Shown: positions 63,702 through 64,000 of the stretch, piece by piece
How positions within the stretch are numbered: the stretch's first letter is position 1
Layout of the letters: each line of letters begins with the position of its first letter
Assembly: GCF_964355755.1 (NCBI RefSeq)
Contig: NC_092672.1
Coordinates: 30,076,437 to 30,140,436 of the forward strand
Reading direction: 5' to 3'
From: Antedon mediterranea
Lineage: Eukaryota > Animalia > Echinodermata
Length of the DNA: 64,000 nt
Position numbers and translations under genes: made by a program
The notes under the pieces: model-generated
Database searches by the model: none
The model's input: only the letters and a program-made list of their open reading frames with translations
What the model was told of the DNA's origin: nothing

Positions 63702-64000
63702 GTAAGTCAACAATGCTAAATTACAATAACATATGTTCCATATTTAAAAAAATAATAATATGGCTAAACGCCATGGCACATTTAAAGCTTACTTCTAAGC
63801 TTAAGTCTTCAGTAAAACAAGGCCAACAGCCATTAAGTCGCATGCTACAATGCATAATGATACCGGACCGACAGACAGACCGACAGACAGACCGACAGAC
63901 AGACCAACCGACATAGTGAACTATAGTCACGTCCACGCTACTAAAAAGGCATAATTTTGACGAATTTTTTAACTTTTTCATCAAAAACGTGCGCAAATTA

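Overview
AT-rich, intron-rich animal genomic DNA. It is not prokaryotic, and there is no CRISPR array, rRNA or tRNA gene. The tandem MSP130-like genes point to an invertebrate, most likely an echinoderm (inference). By hand-splicing GT-AG exons I reconstructed three complete frame-consistent genes and the start of a fourth. (1) + strand 4611-14548, 15 coding exons, about 781 aa: a type II membrane M28B (PSMA/NAALADase/transferrin-receptor family) protein. It has lost the catalytic Glu and three of the five zinc ligands, and its cytoplasmic tail carries YTRFS, identical to the internalisation motif of vertebrate transferrin receptor 1. (2) - strand 39474-28930, 4 coding exons, about 228 aa: a zf-3CxxC (RTP-like) protein with a Pro/Thr-rich tail and no membrane anchor. 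(3) + strand 51838-58975, 11 coding exons, about 592 aa: an MSP130-related protein with signal peptide and GPI-type tail. (4) The first coding exon of a second MSP130 paralogue at 63515-63701. The rest is dense with non-autonomous DNA transposons (Harbinger-like MITEs, hAT-like elements including one with a 6-bp TSD nested in a Harbinger-like element, Kolobok-like and HINE-like elements), SINE/L2 fragments and minisatellites. Exon boundaries were read by eye, and family calls come from recalled motifs, not database searches.
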